Part shown: in pieces, positions 15,580 through 17,800 of the stretch
How the letters are laid out: each line of letters begins with the position of its first letter
Numbering within the stretch: position 1 is the stretch's first letter
Assembly (NCBI GenBank): GCA_031425655.1
Contig: JANPJS010000228.1
Location: forward strand, 1-17,800
Direction: 5' to 3'
Origin: Abditibacteriaceae bacterium
GTDB taxonomy: Bacteria > Armatimonadota > Abditibacteriia > Abditibacteriales > Abditibacteriaceae
Length of the DNA stretch: 17,800 nucleotides
The notes under the pieces: generated by a model
Told to the model about the DNA's origin: nothing
What the model saw: only the letters and a program-made list of their open reading frames with translations
Databases searched by the model: none
Translations under genes and position numbers: made by a program

Positions 15580-16275
15580 ATGGGCTTTTTATCGTCGGCC
15601 AACTCGTTATCTGAATTGTCGTTATTTGCCGGTTTACCCGAAACAACGTTGGATTCCATTGGCAAGCGATTGGAACGTCGTTCGTTTCGCAAGGGCACCG
15701 CACTTTTGATGGCCGGTGAAAACTCCGGCATCGTCTTCATTGTGCAGAGCGGTTTGGTGCGTATCGTAACCAGTAATCGTTCCGGGGAGAATGTGCTGCT
15801 GGGCTTGCTGGGGCCGGGCGAGATCATCGGTGAGATCAGCGCTCTGGATAATCTGGCGCACTCCGCCGACGTTGTCGCCGATGAAGACTGTATTTGTTGG
15901 TGTCTGCCTGCGGATGCTTTACACGAATACCTGCGCCTTTTTCCGGAGATGGCGATCAATCTTCTGTGCATGACGGTCAAGAGAGTGCGCAACACCACAG
16001 AGAGAATCACCATGCTCTCGACTCAGGATTGCACGGGCCGCGTTGCACAGCAATTGTTGATCTTCGCGCATCAATGCGGCGTTGATCTTCCGAATGGCGT
16101 TATCGAGATTCCCTTGTCGGTGACGCAAGGGGACATCGCCGCACTCACCGGTGTTTCCCGTCAGAGCGTGAATGCGGCTTTCAAGCAATTGCGCGCGATA
16201 AACGCAGTTTCCTGCAATAAAACGGGCCATTACATGATTCACAAACCCGAACTTTTGGCCCACCGCTGCCGCTGA
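15580..16275 (+). CDS. Crp/Fnr-family transcriptional regulator
   Basis: AGGAGG RBS (15569-15574); cNMP-binding-like domain (LFAGL, GLVRI, LGPGEIIGEISALD..HSADV); HTH TQGDIAALTGVSRQSVNAAFKQL. Confidence 0.92.
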   Translation: MGFLSSANSLSELSLFAGLPETTLDSIGKRLERRSFRKGTALLMAGENSGIVFIVQSGLVRIVTSNRSGENVLLGLLGPGEIIGEISALDNLAHSADVVADEDCICWCLPADALHEYLRLFPEMAINLLCMTVKRVRNTTERITMLSTQDCTGRVAQQLLIFAHQCGVDLPNGVIEIPLSVTQGDIAALTGVSRQSVNAAFKQLRAINAVSCNKTGHYMIHKPELLAHRCR

Positions 16276-16359
16276 TTCTCGTCAATCTTCACTTCATAAA
16301 GAGGCACAACCTCAGAAGCTGTCTGAAAATAGCCATTAGTCCTGAGTTCAGTTGCTTTT

Positions 16360-16494
16360 AATAGAACGCGGAGCTTCGCTATCCGACCCGCAAGCGGGTG
16401 CCCCGATTTCATGCGCGGATTTTCGCTGATTTCTTTCGGTAAAACCGCGAAAATCCGCGCACAACGTCCGCGAAGCGAAGCTCCGCGTCCCATT
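16360..16494. repeat. Gene-less 135-bp derivative of the GxxExxY cassette
   Basis: 16360-16380 = 10586-10606 (21/21), 16405-16428 = 10612-10635 (24/24), 16441-16461 = 11035-11055 (21/21); only 12 nt separate the arms where the gene would be. Confidence 0.9.
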
Positions 16495-16596
16495 GAAAAA
16501 GTCTCTGGTGTTAGTCTGTAACGAATCTCGGACGGTTTCTAACGGTTGTGCCCCTTTCCCCTTTCGCCCTTTGCCATCGTTCCTCTGAGCTTACGC

Positions 16597-16658
16597 TGTC
16601 AAATATTTAACAGCACTTCTGTCAAATATCTGACAGGCAAAGTGTCAGGTATTTGACA
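16597..16658. promoter_or_regulatory. Three phased Crp/Fnr-type palindromic boxes (TGTCA-N6-TGACA)
   Basis: TGTCAAATATTTAACA (16597-16612), TGTCAAATATCTGACA (16620-16635), TGTCAGGTATTTGACA (16643-16658); exact 23-bp spacing; 54 nt upstream of the next start. Confidence 0.75.
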
Positions 16659-16712
16659 GCCAAGCCTTTGTTTATCCAGCAAAATAAAACCATTCGACTT
16701 CATGGAGAGGCT

Positions 16713-17363
16713 ATGCTGACTAATCCAACTCCAGACCCATTCGGCGATTTACTGACCGATTTAAACGACAAATTACAGCAGGACACCAGGAAATACGGCG
16801 TTACGCCAGACGAGCTGACAGCGCTCAACGATTTAACGACGGATTATTTAGCCAAGCGACAAACCAAGCGCGATAAAGCCCGCGAAGCACAGGCGGCGGC
16901 GACGGCTCTGAGCAGCGTAACCAAGACGGCGACCCCGTTTGTCAGCCGCTTGCGCCAGCGCATGGCCCTGCACCCGGAGATGAGCGACGAGGGCCGCCAA
17001 CTTTATAATCTGGTTCAGCGCGGCGGGCCTCGTGTTGCGGTCAGTTTGACGGAAGAAGCGCCCTTGCTGCGTCTCGATTTCGGCACGCGTGGGCGCATGA
17101 CCATTCACGCCGGCCCCAACCCCGGCAACGGACGACGCAACGGCAAACCCAAAGGCGCCGCCGCGCTTCTCGTGGAACACCACGAAGGCGGCGCCCCGAC
17201 CAGCGAAAACGAGTGGAAACACCTCGTTCAAGTCACCAGTTCCCCGGTGACCCACCAGCCCGGCGGAGGCACCCGCACCTTCGCCTACCGCGCCTGCTAC
17301 GTGGACGGCAAAGGCAATCGCAGCCCGTGGAGCGATATGGTAGTTGGCACGATTGCGGGATGA
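16713..17363 (+). CDS. Hypothetical protein (helical N-terminus, predicted beta-sandwich/FN3-like C-terminus)
   Basis: GGAGAGG RBS before ATG 16713; amphipathic helical first half; C-terminal ..YRACYVDGKGNRSPWSD pattern typical of FN3-like ends (fold is an inference). Confidence 0.75.
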   Translation: MLTNPTPDPFGDLLTDLNDKLQQDTRKYGVTPDELTALNDLTTDYLAKRQTKRDKAREAQAAATALSSVTKTATPFVSRLRQRMALHPEMSDEGRQLYNLVQRGGPRVAVSLTEEAPLLRLDFGTRGRMTIHAGPNPGNGRRNGKPKGAAALLVEHHEGGAPTSENEWKHLVQVTSSPVTHQPGGGTRTFAYRACYVDGKGNRSPWSDMVVGTIAG

Positions 17364-17381
17364 TACGACAAGGAGGTTTTT

Positions 17382-17666
17382 ATGTCTGTTGCCAAAATTG
17401 ATTTGGACAACCTCGAATCGCTTTTCAGCGATTTGCAGCGACAAGGTGTGAATTATGGTCTTGGTGCCAAACCCGAAGGTGGCTCGGACCCACGCAACGG
17501 TAGGCGTTGGAATACACGTTCCAATGGGCATCTCAGCACTCGGCCCAGCACCATAGACAATCTTGACTGCTCCGGCTTCATTCGCTACCTGCTTTTCAAA
17601 GCCACCGATGGCGGTCTCGTGATTCCGGATGGCTCACAGATGCAACGAGGCTGGTGTGAAAGGTGA
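17382..17666 (+). pseudogene. NlpC/P60-like peptidase gene truncated by IS insertion
   Basis: AAGGAGG RBS; Y.LG and LDCSGFIRY catalytic-Cys motif; no downstream catalytic His region; the stop TGA (17664-17666) is the first three bases of the IS. Confidence 0.7.
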
Positions 17667-17800
17667 CCTGCACCCCAAAAACTGATCCATTTGAAAGGTT
17701 AGAATCTCAGCCAAAGGAACGACGAGATGAAAACCCGACAGTGGAGCGAGGAACGGATTATCGGCCTGTTACAGCAGGCGGAAAAAGGCGAGACAACCAT
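17664..17800 (+). mobile_element. IS3-family insertion sequence, left end (continues beyond the window)
   Basis: 5'-TG terminus TGACCTGCACCCCAAAAACTGATCCA followed 63 nt later by an OrfA-like start. Confidence 0.85.
17727..17800 (+). CDS. IS3-family transposase OrfA, N-terminal fragment
   Basis: MKTRQWSEERIIGLLQQAEKGETT matches the MK..F/WSEEQII..L..AE.G pattern of IS3-family (IS407-like) OrfA; AAGGA upstream. Confidence 0.82.
   Translation, partial: MKTRQWSEERIIGLLQQAEKGETT

Noticed and set aside
16597..16658. Mini-CRISPR from three regularly spaced repeats
   Set aside because: 16-bp palindromes with 7-nt gaps are too short and fit transcription-factor boxes better.
1..17800. tRNA, rRNA, riboswitch, RAYT or reverse transcriptase genes
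   Set aside because: No recognisable signatures by eye; a covariance-model search would be needed to exclude small ncRNAs.

Overview
GC-rich bacterial chromosomal segment; the host cannot be established from sequence alone. Left part: dnaG, a lower-GC membrane protein, a PAP2 phosphatase, then a minus-strand block (class V PLP aminotransferase, DUF429-like protein, TIGR01777-type epimerase, LarE-like sulfur transferase). Middle: a co-directional plus-strand run (heme c/copper monooxygenase-like protein, dusB, GxxExxY protein, tdh, kbl, DUF3472-like protein). Right, accessory-looking part: small membrane ORF, 21-nt periodic tract, Crp/Fnr regulator, hypothetical protein, and an NlpC/P60-like gene cut by an IS3-family element at the window edge. 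The most notable signal is non-coding. Many intergenic gaps hold a long palindromic element. The GxxExxY (PD-(D/E)XK-like) gene is bracketed by ~50-bp inverted repeats, and gene-less 135-bp relatives of that cassette occur at 12123-12257 and 16360-16494, suggesting a candidate nuclease-associated mobile hairpin system. The window also has GTAG-type REPs, MITE-like elements nested in or wrapping other palindromes (one with a clean 7-bp target duplication), and three phased TGTCA-N6-TGACA boxes that fit the RQ recognition helix of the neighbouring Crp protein.
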